Shown: positions 1 through 10,983, numbered from the stretch's first letter. The stretch: DNA of 64,000 nt from an uncultured Flavobacteriaceae bacterium (GCA_963793325.1 CAWBZU010000001.1:659314-723313); one strand, 5' to 3'. Notes: a model not told the origin generated them from the sequence alone. Program-made: numbers and translations.

Positions 1-645
1 CCTTAATTCATATGATAATTGCTTGAGATCTATTCGGGCCAATAAATCTATAAGGCATTCGGCGCCCATCTTCGCAATAAATTTATTGGGATCTGAATCC
101 TCTAAATACTGATTTTCCGGAGGAATAGAATCAAGAATATTCAAATACTCCTCTTCCGTCAGAAAATCAAGTTTATTAATTTCCTCTCCCTCGGTTCCAA
201 CGGCAATACCCGGCTGAATTACCACATAACGTTCATAGTAAATGATCATGTCCAGTTTCTTGGAAGGTAATCCCAAGAGGTAGCCAATTTTATTGGGTAA
301 GGAACGGAAATACCAGATATGGGCAACCGGCACCACTAAATTTATATGCCCTACCCTGTCGCGACGAACCTTTTTCTCAGTTACTTCAACGCCACATCTA
401 TCACAGACAATACCTCTATAGCGGATTCTTTTGTATTTTCCACATGCACATTCGTAATCTTTTACAGGACCAAAAATGCGTTCACAGAACAATCCATCAC
501 GCTCAGGTTTATGAGTTCTATAATTAATAGTTTCAGGTTTTAAAACTTCACCTCGTGATTCTCCTAAAATTGCTTCAGGAGAAGCCAATCCAATTGAAAT
601 TTTATCAAACCTTTTAATCGTATTATTATCTTTTATTCTAGCCAT
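1..645 (-). CDS. rpoC: DNA-directed RNA polymerase subunit beta-prime, N-terminal part (gene runs off the left edge)
   Basis: Absent from the ORF track because it is open at the window edge. Reverse-complement translation from the ATG at 645..643 gives [113 protein letters not shown]... This is the conserved beta-prime N-terminus with its Cys4 zinc motif. It lies 41 nt downstream of rpoB on the same strand. Confidence 0.95.
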   Translation of the reverse strand, partial: MARIKDNNTIKRFDKISIGLASPEAILGESRGEVLKPETINYRTHKPERDGLFCERIFGPVKDYECACGKYKRIRYRGIVCDRCGVEVTEKKVRRDRVGHINLVVPVAHIWYFRSLPNKIGYLLGLPSKKLDMIIYYERYVVIQPGIAVGTEGEEINKLDFLTEEEYLNILDSIPPENQYLEDSDPNKFIAKMGAECLIDLLARIDLKQLSYELR

Positions 646-686
646 GGTAATATGGTGATAGTAAATTTAATATGTGTAAAAAACTA

Positions 687-3600
687 TTATTCTTCAAGTC
701 TAATATCTAAACCTAATCCCTTAAGTTCATGCATTAATACATTGAATGATTCTGGCAATCCAGGTTCCGGCATGGTTTCGCCTTTTACAATTGATTCATA
801 GGTCTTGGCACGTCCGATTACGTCATCAGATTTTACAGTCAAAATCTCACGAAGCGTAGCAGATGCTCCATAAGCCTCCAGGGCCCAAACCTCCATTTCA
901 CCAAATCGTTGTCCACCAAATTGAGCTTTACCTCCTAAAGGCTGCTGTGTTATCAACGAATATGGTCCAATGGAACGAGCGTGCATTTTGTCATCCACCA
1001 TATGTCCTAATTTCAACATATAAATGACACCAACTGTCGCAGCCTGGTCAAACCGTTGCCCTGTTCCACCATCATAGAGATAGGTATGACCAAATCTTGG
1101 TATTCCGGCTTCATCCGTAAATTCATTAATCTCATCAAGAGTGGCTCCATCAAAAATTGGAGTCGCGAATTTTTTGTTAAGATTTTGACCTGCCCATCCG
1201 AGAACAGTTTCATAAATCTGGCCAATATTCATCCGCGATGGTACCCCTAATGGGTTTAATACAATATCAACAGGAGTTCCGTCCTCAAGGAAAGGCATAT
1301 CTTCCTGCCGTACAATTCGGGAAACAATACCTTTGTTACCATGACGTCCAGCCATTTTATCCCCTACTTTTAGCTTACGCTTCTTGGCGATATATACTTT
1401 TGCCAGTTTCATAATACCCGCAGGTAACTCATCACCAACAGAAATAGTGAATTTGTCTCTTCTAAGATTCCCCTGAAGATCGTTCAGTTTAATCTTATAG
1501 TGGTGAAGCAAATCGGCCACCATGATATTAGTATCTTTATCCGTAGTCCAGCTACCCCCCACAAGGTGGGCAAAATCGTCTACGGCATTTAACATCTTCA
1601 TGGTATACTTTTTACCCTTTGGCAACACTTCTTCACCAAGATCATTCATCACTCCCTGAGAAGTTTTCCCATTGATAAGTTTGAACAACTTATCTATAAG
1701 GATTTCTTTAAGTTCCTGGAATTTTACTTCATATTCAAGTTCCAGACTGGAAATAGCCTCCTTGTCTTCTGAACGTTTGCGTTTATCCTTAATGGAACGT
1801 GAAAATAACTTTTTATCTATTACTACACCACGTAACGAAGGAGATGCTTTTAAAGAAGCATCCTTAACATCCCCTGCTTTATCTCCAAAAATAGCACGAA
1901 GCAATTTTTCTTCAGGTGTAGGATCCGATTCGCCTTTTGGCGTGATCTTACCAATAAGAATATCTCCTGGCTTTACTTCTGCACCAATCCGAATCATTCC
2001 ATATTCATCAAGGTCTTTAGTAGCCTCTTCAGAAACATTGGGAATATCATTGGTTAACTCTTCTGCTCCCAATTTGGTGTCTCTTACTTCCAGAGAGTAC
2101 TCATCTATATGTATGGAAGTAAAAATATCTTCACGAACAACTTTTTCGGAGATAACAATCGCATCCTCAAAGTTATATCCTTTCCATGGCATAAAGGCCA
2201 CCTTCAGGTTTCTACCCAGGGCCAATTCACCACTTTCAGTGGCATATCCTTCACAAAGAACCTGGCCTTTTTTAACCTTATCTCCTATTTGTACAATTGG
2301 CTTAAGGTTAATACTGGTACCCTGGTTGGTTTTCCTGAACTTAACCAATTCATAAGTTTTGGAATCTTCTTCAAAACTTACCAATTTTTCTGCTTCACTG
2401 CGTTTGTAATTAATAGTGATCCTTTGAGCATCAACATATTCTATTACACCGTCTCCTTCCGCATTTATCAATACCCTTGAATCTGATGCCACCTGTCTTT
2501 CCAATCCTGTTCCTACAATTGGAGATTGCGGTTTTAACAATGGAACTGCCTGACGCATCATGTTAGATCCCATCAATGCCCTGTTCGCATCATCGTGTTC
2601 AAGGAAAGGAATTAACGAAGCGGATATAGATGCAATCTGGTTAGGTGCAACATCGGTATAATTTACATCTATTGGATCTACAACGGGGAAATCTCCTTCC
2701 TCCCTTACAATAACTTTTTCCTGATCTATAGCACCATTATCCTTAAGCGGAATATTGGCCTGCGATATTTTCATACCTTCCTCCTCCTCGGCACTCAGGT
2801 ATATGAAATCCTTGGTATCCACTATTCCATTTTCAACTTTGCGGTAAGGTGTTTCCAGGAATCCCATGGGGTTTACTTTCGCAAAAACCGCAAGAGATGA
2901 AATCAGTCCAATATTCGGACCTTCTGGAGTTTCAATTGGACAAAGTCTTCCGTAATGTGTATAATGCACATCTCGTACTTCAAATCCCGCGCGTTCTCTT
3001 GAAAGACCACCTGGCCCGAGAGCTGATAATCTTCTCTTGTGCGTAATTTCGGCAAGAGGATTCGTCTGATCCATGAACTGGGATAGTTGGTTTGTGCCAA
3101 AAAATGAATTTATCACAGAGGACAGTGTTTTGGCATTTATCAGATCAATCGGAGTAAATACTTCATTGTCCCTTACATTCATTCGCTCACGAATAGTCCT
3201 GGCCATACGTGCCAAACCAACACCAAACTGAGATGACAATTGCTCGCCAACAGTTCTAACACGCCTGTTGGAAAGGTGATCTATATCATCAATTTCCGCT
3301 TTGGAATTGATAAGTTCAATTAAATACTTAATAATCGTGATAATATCTTCCTTGGTAAGTACCTGTTTGTCCATACCGATATCCAGACCAAGCTTCTTAT
3401 TCATCCTGTAACGACCAACTTCACCTAAATTATATCGTTGATCAGAGAAGAACAATTTGTCAATTATACCCCGTGCCGTTTCCTCATCAGGTGGTTCTGC
3501 ATTACGCAATTGACGATAGATATGTTCAACAGCTTCTTTTTCAGAATTTGTAGGGTCTTTTTGCAAAGTGTTATGAATAATTGCATAATCACTTTGGGCA

Positions 3601-4496
3601 TTGTTTTCTTTATGAAGCAGAACGGTTTTTACGTCTGCCTCTATTATTTGATCAATATGTTCTTTTTCAAGAACCGTATCACGATCCAGGATTATTTCAT
3701 TTCGTTCTATGGAAACAACCTCACCTGTATCTTCATCAACAAAATCCTCATGCCAGGTATTAAGAACCCGTGCAGCAAGTTTACGTCCTAATATCTTTTT
3801 TAATCCCGTTTTTGAAACTTTCACTTCTTCAGACAGGTCAAAAATCTCCAGAATATCCTTGTCTCTTTCAAAACCTATTGCTCTAAACAAAGTTGTAACA
3901 GGTAATTTTTTCTTTCTATCAATGTATGCATACATTACGCTATTGATATCAGTAGCAAATTCTATCCAGGATCCTTTAAAAGGAATCACTCTGGCAGAAT
4001 ATAATTTGGTGCCATTGGCATGAAAAGATTGACCAAAGAATACACCTGGTGAACGATGTAACTGTGATACAACGACACGTTCCGCTCCATTTATAACAAA
4101 AGTTCCGCTGGGGGTCATATAAGGTATGGTGCCCAAATATACATCCTGAACAATAGTCTCAAAATCCTCGTGTTCCGGATCGGTACAATATAATTTTAAT
4201 CGGGCTTTCAGAGGTACGCTGTATGTCAGACCTCTTTCTATGCACTCCTGTATGGAATACCTGGGCGGATCTATAAAGTAATCAAGAAACTCCAGTACAA
4301 ATTGGTTTCTTGTGTCAGTTATTGGAAAGTTTTCCATGAAGGTGTTGTACAAGCCTTCCTTGCCCCTTTTGTCAGATTTTGTTTCAAGTTGAAAAAAATC
4401 TTGAAATGATTTAATCTGAATGTCCAAGAAATCCGGATAATACGGAATGTTCTTAGCGGATGCGAAGTTTACTCTTTCAGTCTGTTTTGTGAACAT
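687..4496 (-). CDS. rpoB: DNA-directed RNA polymerase subunit beta
   Basis: 1269-aa ORF with conserved beta-subunit blocks ([47 protein letters not shown]). It sits between rplL and rpoC. Confidence 0.99.
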   Translation of the reverse strand: MFTKQTERVNFASAKNIPYYPDFLDIQIKSFQDFFQLETKSDKRGKEGLYNTFMENFPITDTRNQFVLEFLDYFIDPPRYSIQECIERGLTYSVPLKARLKLYCTDPEHEDFETIVQDVYLGTIPYMTPSGTFVINGAERVVVSQLHRSPGVFFGQSFHANGTKLYSARVIPFKGSWIEFATDINSVMYAYIDRKKKLPVTTLFRAIGFERDKDILEIFDLSEEVKVSKTGLKKILGRKLAARVLNTWHEDFVDEDTGEVVSIERNEIILDRDTVLEKEHIDQIIEADVKTVLLHKENNAQSDYAIIHNTLQKDPTNSEKEAVEHIYRQLRNAEPPDEETARGIIDKLFFSDQRYNLGEVGRYRMNKKLGLDIGMDKQVLTKEDIITIIKYLIELINSKAEIDDIDHLSNRRVRTVGEQLSSQFGVGLARMARTIRERMNVRDNEVFTPIDLINAKTLSSVINSFFGTNQLSQFMDQTNPLAEITHKRRLSALGPGGLSRERAGFEVRDVHYTHYGRLCPIETPEGPNIGLISSLAVFAKVNPMGFLETPYRKVENGIVDTKDFIYLSAEEEEGMKISQANIPLKDNGAIDQEKVIVREEGDFPVVDPIDVNYTDVAPNQIASISASLIPFLEHDDANRALMGSNMMRQAVPLLKPQSPIVGTGLERQVASDSRVLINAEGDGVIEYVDAQRITINYKRSEAEKLVSFEEDSKTYELVKFRKTNQGTSINLKPIVQIGDKVKKGQVLCEGYATESGELALGRNLKVAFMPWKGYNFEDAIVISEKVVREDIFTSIHIDEYSLEVRDTKLGAEELTNDIPNVSEEATKDLDEYGMIRIGAEVKPGDILIGKITPKGESDPTPEEKLLRAIFGDKAGDVKDASLKASPSLRGVVIDKKLFSRSIKDKRKRSEDKEAISSLELEYEVKFQELKEILIDKLFKLINGKTSQGVMNDLGEEVLPKGKKYTMKMLNAVDDFAHLVGGSWTTDKDTNIMVADLLHHYKIKLNDLQGNLRRDKFTISVGDELPAGIMKLAKVYIAKKRKLKVGDKMAGRHGNKGIVSRIVRQEDMPFLEDGTPVDIVLNPLGVPSRMNIGQIYETVLGWAGQNLNKKFATPIFDGATLDEINEFTDEAGIPRFGHTYLYDGGTGQRFDQAATVGVIYMLKLGHMVDDKMHARSIGPYSLITQQPLGGKAQFGGQRFGEMEVWALEAYGASATLREILTVKSDDVIGRAKTYESIVKGETMPEPGLPESFNVLMHELKGLGLDIRLEE

Positions 4497-4560
4497 CTAT
4501 GGACAAAATTTTGATCGTGAATATCTAAAAATGGGTAGTATATTACCTTATATACTATGT

Positions 4561-4608
4561 ATAAAAGGGTTTAGGTCTAGCCACCAAAACGGCGGAAAGA
4601 CCTAAACC
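4561..4608 (-). terminator. Intergenic stem-loop with U-tail between rplL and rpoB (partial terminator/attenuator type)
   Basis: Minus strand reads ggtttaggtct-ttccgccgttttggtggct-agacctaaacc followed by cttttat. The outer stem is 11 bp (4568..4578 with 4598..4608), with an inner ccgcc/ggtgg helix. Its position matches the known rplL-rpoB attenuator of other bacteria. Confidence 0.55.
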
Positions 4609-4629
4609 AAAATCATATGGTTCTTGCTA

Positions 4630-5013
4630 TTATTTAAGCTCAACTTCTGCTCCAGCTTCTTCTAATGATTTTTTGATCCCTTCAGCTTCGTCTTTAGACA
4701 CACCTTCTTTAACTGCTTTCGGTGCGCTGTCAACGATATCCTTAGCATCTTTCAATCCAAGGCCAGTCAATTCTTTAACTAATTTAACTACCGCCAGTTT
4801 AGAACCTCCTGCAGCTGTCAAAACTACATCAAATTCTGTTTTTTCTTCAGCGGCTTCTGCCTCACCTCCAGCGGCTGCTCCACCGGCAGCAACTGCAACA
4901 GCTGCAGCAGCTGGCTCTATGCCATACTCATCTTTTAATATATTAGCTAACTCGTTTACTTCTTTTACGGTTAAGTTAACCAATTGTTCTGCGAAATCTT
5001 TTAAATCTGCCAT
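4630..5013 (-). CDS. rplL: 50S ribosomal protein L7/L12
   Basis: 127 aa: [34 protein letters not shown], an Ala/Gly-rich hinge, and a C-terminal [19 protein letters not shown] block. Confidence 0.98.
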   Translation of the reverse strand: MADLKDFAEQLVNLTVKEVNELANILKDEYGIEPAAAAVAVAAGGAAAGGEAEAAEEKTEFDVVLTAAGGSKLAVVKLVKELTGLGLKDAKDIVDSAPKAVKEGVSKDEAEGIKKSLEEAGAEVELK

Positions 5014-5067
5014 TTTTCTATCGTTTAATAAAATTCTTAAATTATTCTAGTTTATAGTGCGTATAAA

Positions 5068-5583
5068 TTATTTTTCAGATAATGTTTTAAGGATACCTGC
5101 CAGTTTTCCACCTCCGGATTTTAATCCAGAAATAACATTTTTGGCTGGGGACTGCAATAGGCCAATGATTTCGCCTATCATTTCCTCTTTGGATTTAATA
5201 TCTACCAAAGCATCCAAATTCTCATCACCTACATAAATTGCCTCCTGTACAAAAGCCCCTTTTAATAAAGGTATGTTTGTTTTTTTACGGAAACTTTTTA
5301 TAAGTATAGCGGGTGCATTACTCGTCTCTGAAAACATTAAAGAAGTATTTCCCTTTAAAATTTCAGGTAATTCACCGAATTCTTTTTCCGATGCTTCCAT
5401 TGCCTTTGCCAGTAAAGTATTTTTTACTACGGACAATTTAATGTTTGCTTTAAAGCAAGCTCTTCTTAATGCGGAGGTTGCCACTGCATCCAATCCGGAA
5501 ATATCCGCCAAATAAATCGTTGAATTATCAGCTAACTGAGCCGTCAAATCTTGTATAACGGTTGCTTTTTCTTCTCTTGTCAT
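5068..5583 (-). CDS. rplJ: 50S ribosomal protein L10
   Basis: 171 aa, in the conserved position between rplA and rplL, with an L10-like sequence (MTREEKATVIQDLTAQL...). Confidence 0.95.
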   Translation of the reverse strand: MTREEKATVIQDLTAQLADNSTIYLADISGLDAVATSALRRACFKANIKLSVVKNTLLAKAMEASEKEFGELPEILKGNTSLMFSETSNAPAILIKSFRKKTNIPLLKGAFVQEAIYVGDENLDALVDIKSKEEMIGEIIGLLQSPAKNVISGLKSGGGKLAGILKTLSEK

Positions 5584-5602
5584 GATTTTAAAACGTTTAC
5601 AG

Positions 5603-6292
5603 TTAAACTGCTTTAGGATCTAATTGGAGACTAGGACTCATTGTACTGGACATATAAATACTTCTCATGTATATACCCTTTGCCGCTGCCGGTTTTAACT
5701 TATTTAAAGTATCTATTAATTCCTTAGCGTTTCCTGCGATTTTATCTGCTGAAAACGAAGCTTTACCAATGGCTGCATGTACAATACCAGCCTTATCTAC
5801 TTTAAAATCTATTTTACCTGCCTTTACATCGGAAACAGCCTTGGCCACATCCATTGTTACAGTACCAGTTTTTGGATTGGGCATTAATCCTCTTGGACCT
5901 AAAATACGTCCTAAAGGTCCTAATTTACCCATAACACTTGGCATTGTGATAATTACATCTACATCTGTCCAACCGCCTTTTATTTTATCCAAATACTCAT
6001 CCATACCAACAAAGTCTGCACCAGCCTCTTTTGCTTCGGCTTCCTTATCAGGAGTTACCAAAGCCAGGACTTTTACATCTTTACCGGTACCATGAGGCAA
6101 TGTTACAACCCCACGTACCATTTGATTGGCTTTACGTGGATCTACTCCTAACCTAACTGCAATGTCAATGCTTGCATCAAACTTTGCGTTGGTTATCTCT
6201 TTTACAAGCGCAGAAGCTTCTGTTAAAGAATAGAGTTTATCTTTCTCTATTTTAGCATGTGCTTCTTTTTGCTTTCTGGTTAATTTTGCCAT
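5603..6292 (-). CDS. rplA: 50S ribosomal protein L1
   Basis: 229 aa, [15 protein letters not shown]... with L1 blocks ([23 protein letters not shown]). Fits rplK-rplA synteny. Confidence 0.97.
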   Translation of the reverse strand: MAKLTRKQKEAHAKIEKDKLYSLTEASALVKEITNAKFDASIDIAVRLGVDPRKANQMVRGVVTLPHGTGKDVKVLALVTPDKEAEAKEAGADFVGMDEYLDKIKGGWTDVDVIITMPSVMGKLGPLGRILGPRGLMPNPKTGTVTMDVAKAVSDVKAGKIDFKVDKAGIVHAAIGKASFSADKIAGNAKELIDTLNKLKPAAAKGIYMRSIYMSSTMSPSLQLDPKAV

Positions 6293-6314
6293 GTTTAAAA
6301 TTGCTTTTAAGATT

Positions 6315-6752
6315 TTAAAAAGGTCTTTTCCCTGAGACTTTCAACCCCATAGATCTTGCTGTACCGGCTACCATCGACATTGCCGATTCTACGGTAAAAG
6401 CATTGAGGTCAACCATTTTTTCCTCTGCTATGGTTTTCACCTGGTCCCAAGAAACATTCCCTGGTTTTACTCGGTTAGGTTCGCCAGATCCTTTCTTAAT
6501 CTTAGCCGCTTCCAAAAGTTGTACTGCCGCCGGTGGTGTTTTAACAACGAAGTCAAATGACTTGTCCTTATATACGGTGATAACAACAGGCAATATTTTA
6601 CCTTGCTTGTCCTGTGTACGTGCATTAAACTGCTTACAGAACTCCATGATGTTAACGCCGGCAGCACCTAAAGCGGGTCCAACCGGTGGCGACGGATTCG
6701 CAACACCTCCCCTAACTTGTAGTTTAACTACTTTACTTACTTCTTTTGCCAT
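6315..6752 (-). CDS. rplK: 50S ribosomal protein L11
   Basis: 145 aa with the L11 hallmark [20 protein letters not shown]. Confidence 0.98.
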   Translation of the reverse strand: MAKEVSKVVKLQVRGGVANPSPPVGPALGAAGVNIMEFCKQFNARTQDKQGKILPVVITVYKDKSFDFVVKTPPAAVQLLEAAKIKKGSGEPNRVKPGNVSWDQVKTIAEEKMVDLNAFTVESAMSMVAGTARSMGLKVSGKRPF

Positions 6753-6821
6753 TGTTTTAAATTAAATTTAAAGCGTGTTATATTTTGGAAGCAACACAAC
6801 TTATATATATGTAACAATTTT

Positions 6822-7373
6822 CTATACTTTTTCTACTTGCATGTAACTTAATTCCAATGGTGTTTTTCTGCCGAAAATTTTCACCATGACCTCCAATTTC
6901 CTTTTCTCCTCATTAATTTTTTCTACCGTACCATTAAAACCATTAAAAGGTCCGTCTATAACCTTAACAGTTTCTCCCAGGACAAATGGTATAGCCACAC
7001 TATCTGAATTAACTGCTAATTCATCTACTTTCCCCAGCATTCGGTTTACTTCCGACTTTCGTAAAGGAACAGGATCACCTCCCTTTGTTTCACCCAAAAA
7101 GCCAATTACATTGGTAATGGAGCGAATAATGTGAATCATCTCTCCGCCCAAATTAGCCTTGATCATTATATATCCGGGGAAATAAACCCTTTCTTTGTTT
7201 ATCTTTTTCCCGTTTCTTATCTGCACTACTTTCTCCGTTGGAACCAAAACTTCTTCCAGGTAATCACCAAATCCATGACGTTCCACTTCACTTTCAATAT
7301 AGCCCTTGATCTTGTTCTCCTGACCACTGACAGCTCTTACCACATACCATTTCTTTTCTAATACTTCAGACAT
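6822..7373 (-). CDS. nusG: Transcription termination/antitermination factor NusG
   Basis: 183 aa with an NGN domain (KWYVVRAVSGQENK) and a C-terminal KOW motif (GETVKVIDGPFNGFNGTVEKI). Fits secE-nusG-rplK synteny. Confidence 0.96.
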   Translation of the reverse strand: MSEVLEKKWYVVRAVSGQENKIKGYIESEVERHGFGDYLEEVLVPTEKVVQIRNGKKINKERVYFPGYIMIKANLGGEMIHIIRSITNVIGFLGETKGGDPVPLRKSEVNRMLGKVDELAVNSDSVAIPFVLGETVKVIDGPFNGFNGTVEKINEEKRKLEVMVKIFGRKTPLELSYMQVEKV

Positions 7374-7388
7374 AGGTCCCGGACTTAA

Positions 7389-7574
7389 TTAATTTAAGGT
7401 GTTAAAGTAAAGTTGTATAAACTTACTGAATACGGTATCTACTCCCCATGTTGCCAGAGCGAAGAGTATGGAAAACACCGCAACAATAACCATAAGATTA
7501 GATGATTCCGCTCTGGATGGTAAAGTAACATTATGCCTTAATTCTTCTATTGACTCCTTTATATATGTTAACAT
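7389..7574 (-). CDS. secE: Preprotein translocase subunit SecE
   Basis: 61 aa with a single C-terminal TM helix (LMVIVAVFSILFALATWGVD). It lies immediately upstream of nusG and downstream of tRNA-Trp. Confidence 0.85.
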   Translation of the reverse strand: MLTYIKESIEELRHNVTLPSRAESSNLMVIVAVFSILFALATWGVDTVFSKFIQLYFNTLN

Positions 7575-7684
7575 ACCGATTAATTTATTCCATTATAAAG
7601 AATGTTTTACCTACATTCAATGACACAGCTATCAAAAAGACCATTCTTTTGGGCCATTGTCTGTACACTCTTATTTATGATCTG

Positions 7685-7757
7685 CACGGGAGGAGAGGCT
7701 CGAACTCCCGACACCTGGTTTTGGAGACCAGTGCTCTACCAACTGAGCTACACCCGT
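7685..7757 (-). tRNA. tRNA-Trp (anticodon CCA)
   Basis: Reverse complement is acgggtgtagctcagttggtagagcactggtctccaaaaccaggtgtcgggagttcgagcctctcctcccgtg. It has a D-arm GCTC/GAGC, anticodon loop CT-CCA-AA and T-loop TTCGAGC. There is one U-U mismatch in the acceptor stem and no encoded CCA. Located between tuf and secE, as in many bacteria. Confidence 0.87.
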
Positions 7758-7823
7758 TTATAATTACACTGAAAGGTATCCCGCTATAGCAGGACACCCT
7801 CAATGTATAAAATTATATGGTGA

Positions 7824-9011
7824 TTAATCTATAATCTTAGTTACCTGACCGGCACCAACGGTTCTACCACCTTCACGGATAGCAAACCTAAGACCTTCAC
7901 TTAATGCGATAGGCTGGATTAAGTCTACAGTAATAGTTAAGTTATCACCAGGCATTACCATTTCAACACCACTAGGAAGGTTTATTGTTCCTGTAACATC
8001 CGTTGTCCTAACATAGAACTGAGGACGGTAGTTATTGTGGAATGGTGTATGACGACCACCTTCTTCTTTTTTAAGTATATACACCTCTGCTTCAAACTTA
8101 GCATGTGGCTTAACAGAACCAGGCTTACAAATAACCATTCCTCTGCTAATCTGTGATTTTTCAATACCTCTCAATAAAATACCAACGTTATCACCAGCTT
8201 CTCCTCTATCCAAAATTTTACGGAACATCTCTACCCCGGTAATTGTAGAAGTTAATTTTTCAGCACCCATACCAATAATTTCAACAGGGTCACCAGTATT
8301 GGCAATTCCGGTTTCTATACGACCAGTTGCAACAGTACCACGACCAGTAATGGTAAATACATCTTCAACGGGCATTAAGAAATCCTTTTCAACGTCTCTC
8401 TTAGGCAATTCAATCCATTCATCAACAGCATTCATCAACTCCATAACTGTATCCACCCACTTTTGCTCGCCATTTAAGGCTCCTAGAGCAGATCCTGAAA
8501 TAACAGGTCCGTTATCGCCATCGTACTCATAGAAAGACAGAAGCTCTCTTACTTCCATTTCCACAAGTTCTAACAACTCTTCATCATCAACCATATCTAC
8601 CTTATTCAAAAAGACAACCATTCTTGGAATACCTACCTGACGTCCTAAAAGTATATGCTCTCTGGTTTGAGGCATTGGACCATCTGTGGCAGCAACCACC
8701 AAAATAGCTCCGTCCATTTGCGCAGCACCTGTTACCATGTTCTTCACATAATCCGCGTGACCAGGACAATCAACATGTGCGTAATGACGGTTTGCCGTTG
8801 AATATTCAACGTGAGAAGTATTAATTGTAATACCTCGTTCCTTTTCTTCAGGAGCGTTGTCGATTGAATCGAAACTTCTCACTTCAGAAAGTCCAGCGTT
8901 TGCTAAAACAGAAGTAATAGCAGCAGTTAATGTAGTTTTACCGTGATCCACGTGTCCAATAGTACCAATATTTAAGTGTGGTTTGGAACGATCAAAAGTT
9001 GCCTTTGCCAT
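7824..9011 (-). CDS. tuf: Elongation factor Tu
   Basis: 395 aa, [33 protein letters not shown]..., with G-domain motifs [13 protein letters not shown] and NKVD. Confidence 0.99.
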   Translation of the reverse strand: MAKATFDRSKPHLNIGTIGHVDHGKTTLTAAITSVLANAGLSEVRSFDSIDNAPEEKERGITINTSHVEYSTANRHYAHVDCPGHADYVKNMVTGAAQMDGAILVVAATDGPMPQTREHILLGRQVGIPRMVVFLNKVDMVDDEELLELVEMEVRELLSFYEYDGDNGPVISGSALGALNGEQKWVDTVMELMNAVDEWIELPKRDVEKDFLMPVEDVFTITGRGTVATGRIETGIANTGDPVEIIGMGAEKLTSTITGVEMFRKILDRGEAGDNVGILLRGIEKSQISRGMVICKPGSVKPHAKFEAEVYILKKEEGGRHTPFHNNYRPQFYVRTTDVTGTINLPSGVEMVMPGDNLTITVDLIQPIALSEGLRFAIREGGRTVGAGQVTKIID

Positions 9012-9072
9012 TTTGAATGAATTTAATCTTAGTTTATATTAGTTTATAATAATTAATGCCTAATTCTTTTTG

Positions 9073-9144
9073 AGCCAACGACGGGAATTGAACCCGTGAC
9101 CTCTTCCTTACCAAGGAAACGCTCTACCCCTGAGCTACGTCGGC
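9073..9144 (-). tRNA. tRNA-Thr (anticodon GGT)
   Basis: Reverse complement is gccgacgtagctcaggggtagagcgtttccttggtaaggaagaggtcacgggttcaattcccgtcgttggct. The cloverleaf folds by hand, with anticodon loop TT-GGT-AA and T-loop TTCAATT. Confidence 0.9.
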
Positions 9145-9228
9145 TTATGGGTCTCCAGGTGTTATATTTTGATTTTAAGGTTAAATCCTACCCTGATCAA
9201 AACAGCATGCGTTAACTCAATTTCTTCG

Positions 9229-9301
9229 AGCGGGAGACCGGGTTCGAACCGGCGACATTCAGCTTGGAAGGCTGACGCTCTACCAACTGAGCTACTCCCG
9301 C
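9229..9301 (-). tRNA. tRNA-Gly (anticodon TCC)
   Basis: Reverse complement is gcgggagtagctcagttggtagagcgtcagccttccaagctgaatgtcgccggttcgaacccggtctcccgct. Acceptor stem GCGGGAG/CTCCCGC, anticodon loop CT-TCC-AA. Confidence 0.9.
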
Positions 9302-9437
9302 ATTATTAATTTTCAACATTTCACAATCCTACTTTACACCTTTCGGTTTCGAATTGAAAACAAAACCCGCCGCCATATTTATCTGGTTTTGGATTTACAT
9401 CAGCATTATTCAACAAACCGCTCTCAAAAACCAGTTG

Positions 9438-9519
9438 TGGGGAGAGCAGGATTCGAACCTGCGAAGGTAAAACCAACAGATTTACAGTCTGTCCTCGTTG
9501 GCCGCTTGAGTATCTCCCC
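9438..9519 (-). tRNA. tRNA-Tyr (anticodon GTA)
   Basis: Reverse complement is ggggagatactcaagcggccaacgaggacagactgtaaatctgttggttttaccttcgcaggttcgaatcctgctctcccca. It has the long variable arm of a class II tRNA and anticodon loop CT-GTA-AA. Confidence 0.9.
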
Positions 9520-9543
9520 TCCTTGTATTTATATGAACTTACG

Positions 9544-9617
9544 AGCCGATGGAGGGACTCGAACCCACGACCTGCTGATTACAAATCAGCTGCTCTAGCC
9601 AGCTGAGCTACATCGGC
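9544..9617 (-). tRNA. tRNA-Thr (anticodon TGT)
   Basis: Reverse complement is gccgatgtagctcagctggctagagcagctgatttgtaatcagcaggtcgtgggttcgagtccctccatcggct. Acceptor stem GCCGATG/CATCGGC, anticodon loop TT-TGT-AA, and one U-U mismatch in the T stem. Confidence 0.86.
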
Positions 9618-9636
9618 CTTTTAAAGCCTTTTAAAG
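9617..9636. repeat. Tandem 10-nt direct repeat (minus strand CTTTAAAAGG x2) abutting the 5' end of tRNA-Thr(TGT)
   Basis: Read directly: plus strand has ccttttaaag ccttttaaag at 9617..9636. The last repeat base is nucleotide 1 of the tRNA. Confidence 0.9.
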
Positions 9637-9637
9637 C

Positions 9638-9668
9638 ATAAAAAAGTCCGCTATTTCTAACGGACTGC
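9638..9668 (-). terminator. Weak intrinsic terminator downstream of hpf
   Basis: Minus strand reads agtccg-ttagaaatag-cggact followed by tttttat. The stem is only 6 bp and the loop 10 nt, so this is modest. Confidence 0.45.
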
Positions 9669-9703
9669 AAATGTAGATAATTATTTTTTTAATCAAAACT
9701 ATT

Positions 9704-10021
9704 TTACAAAAATTTTAAAGAGGGCTGGAACCTTGGTTTTTTCTTCTTTTTAACCAATTTTCTTTCTAAAGATTCACAGGCAGAATCAATAGCCTCCTCA
9801 AAAGATTTGCATTGCTTTTTTACCACAAAGGTATCTTTAGGAATATGTAGTTTAATATCAACCGTTTTATTTTCCTTTTCACTGGTATTTTCAACCTTCA
9901 AAAACACATCGGCACTCACAATCTTATCATAAAAAAGTTCAAGCTTATCTAAACGTGATTGGCTAAAGTTTATAAGCTTGGCGTCAGCATTAAAATTTAC
10001 TGCTTGTGTATTTACCTTCAT
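9704..10021 (-). CDS. hpf: Ribosome hibernation promoting factor / RaiA family (short form)
   Basis: 105 aa with an S30AE-type sequence (MKVNTQAVNFNADAKLINFSQSRLDKLELFYDKI...VDIKLHIPKDTFVVKKQCKSFEEAIDSACESLERKLVK). Confidence 0.8.
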   Translation of the reverse strand: MKVNTQAVNFNADAKLINFSQSRLDKLELFYDKIVSADVFLKVENTSEKENKTVDIKLHIPKDTFVVKKQCKSFEEAIDSACESLERKLVKKKKKPRFQPSLKFL

Positions 10022-10060
10022 AAGTTGAATATTTTAGGTTAAACATTAGGAAAGAACGTA

Positions 10061-10954
10061 TTACTGTTTTTTGCTCCTTGGATGAGCAGATGCATGTATT
10101 TTTTTTAGTTCGGCTATACTATTATGGGTGTATACCTGAGTTGATGCCAAACTGGAATGACCTAACAATTCCTTTACTGAGTTTAAATCCGCTCCATTAT
10201 TCAGCAGGTGTGTAGCAAAGGTATGTCTAAGTATATGCGGACTCTTTTTAACTTTGGAAGAGACCTTACTAAAATACCCATTTATAATTCTATATACAAG
10301 TGTTTCATAAATTTTAATGCCTGATCTGGAAAGAAAAAGAAAGTCCCTTTCTTTTATTGTTTCCAGCATCAATCTTTCTTCTAAATATATCTTACAAAAA
10401 TTCACGGTTGAGTCTAAAAGTGGAATAATTCGTTCTTTATTTCTTTTACCCAATACCTTCATTGTCTTCTGGGACAGATCAATATCTTTTAATTTAAGAT
10501 TTATTAATTCTGCCCTCCTTATTCCTGTTGTGTATAGCAATTCTATGATCAGTCTGTCTCTAATACCCTCAAAGCCATCTTCAAAATTATCCTGTTTCAA
10601 AAGCATTTCCATTTCTTTCTCAGAAAAAGGGATTTCAATTTTTGCTGGAGTTTTTAGAGCCTTATGCTTAGCCAGTGGATTAACCTGAAGATTTTCAGTC
10701 TTCAATAAAAACTTGTAATAAGCTTTCAGTGAGGCAATTTTTCGGTTTACAGATCTATTGGACAACCCCTCTGTGACCATCTTAATTACCCATCCCCTTA
10801 TCAAATTGTACTCGGCTGTATCTATTTGTTTCAAATCGTGCACCTCAAAACAAAAATCTGCAAATTCCTCTATATCCTTTTCATATGCCTTTACCGTATT
10901 GAGGGAATAGTTCTTCTCATGTGTAAGATAAGATATAAAAGCAGTTACAGACAT
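10061..10954 (-). CDS. Tyrosine recombinase, XerC/XerD family
   Basis: 297 aa with an N-terminal SAM-like domain (FISYLTHEKNYSLNTVKAYEKDIEEF) and catalytic motifs (GIRRAEL, HILRHTFATHLL, LGHSSLASTQVYTH). Confidence 0.85.
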   Translation of the reverse strand: MSVTAFISYLTHEKNYSLNTVKAYEKDIEEFADFCFEVHDLKQIDTAEYNLIRGWVIKMVTEGLSNRSVNRKIASLKAYYKFLLKTENLQVNPLAKHKALKTPAKIEIPFSEKEMEMLLKQDNFEDGFEGIRDRLIIELLYTTGIRRAELINLKLKDIDLSQKTMKVLGKRNKERIIPLLDSTVNFCKIYLEERLMLETIKERDFLFLSRSGIKIYETLVYRIINGYFSKVSSKVKKSPHILRHTFATHLLNNGADLNSVKELLGHSSLASTQVYTHNSIAELKKIHASAHPRSKKQ

Positions 10955-10983
10955 ATCACAAAGTTACCTTTAGTTATTTTCAT

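Noticed and set aside
346-543. A 65-aa plus-strand ORF near the left edge.
   Set aside because: It is antisense to the rpoC N-terminal coding region.
1672-2355. A 227-aa plus-strand ORF (with neighbours at 2109..2480 and 3438..4023) inside rpoB.
   Set aside because: These are antisense shadow ORFs of a strongly identified gene. They are Ser/Leu/Ile-rich and low in complexity, with no start context or motifs.
4673-5050. A 125-aa plus-strand ORF rich in Ala/Ser/Thr.
   Set aside because: It is the mirror image of the Ala-rich rplL coding sequence and extends through the rplL start, so it is not independent.
5667-6095. A 142-aa plus-strand ORF inside rplA, and a 120-aa ORF at 6403..6765 inside rplK.
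   Set aside because: Both are antisense to ribosomal protein genes and have no independent support.
7550-7789. A 79-aa plus-strand ORF spanning the secE-tuf spacer, and a 69-aa ORF at 9389..9598.
   Set aside because: Both read straight through tRNA genes on the opposite strand (tRNA-Trp; tRNA-Tyr/Thr). Their 'conserved-looking' segments are tRNA sequence.
10061-10954. A tyrosine recombinase gene beside a cluster of four tRNA genes, which might mark an integrated element.
   Set aside because: The sequence is Xer-type. It is sandwiched between rpsU and hpf, both core genes on the same strand. I found no tRNA 3'-end duplication (att-like repeat) nearby and no cargo genes.
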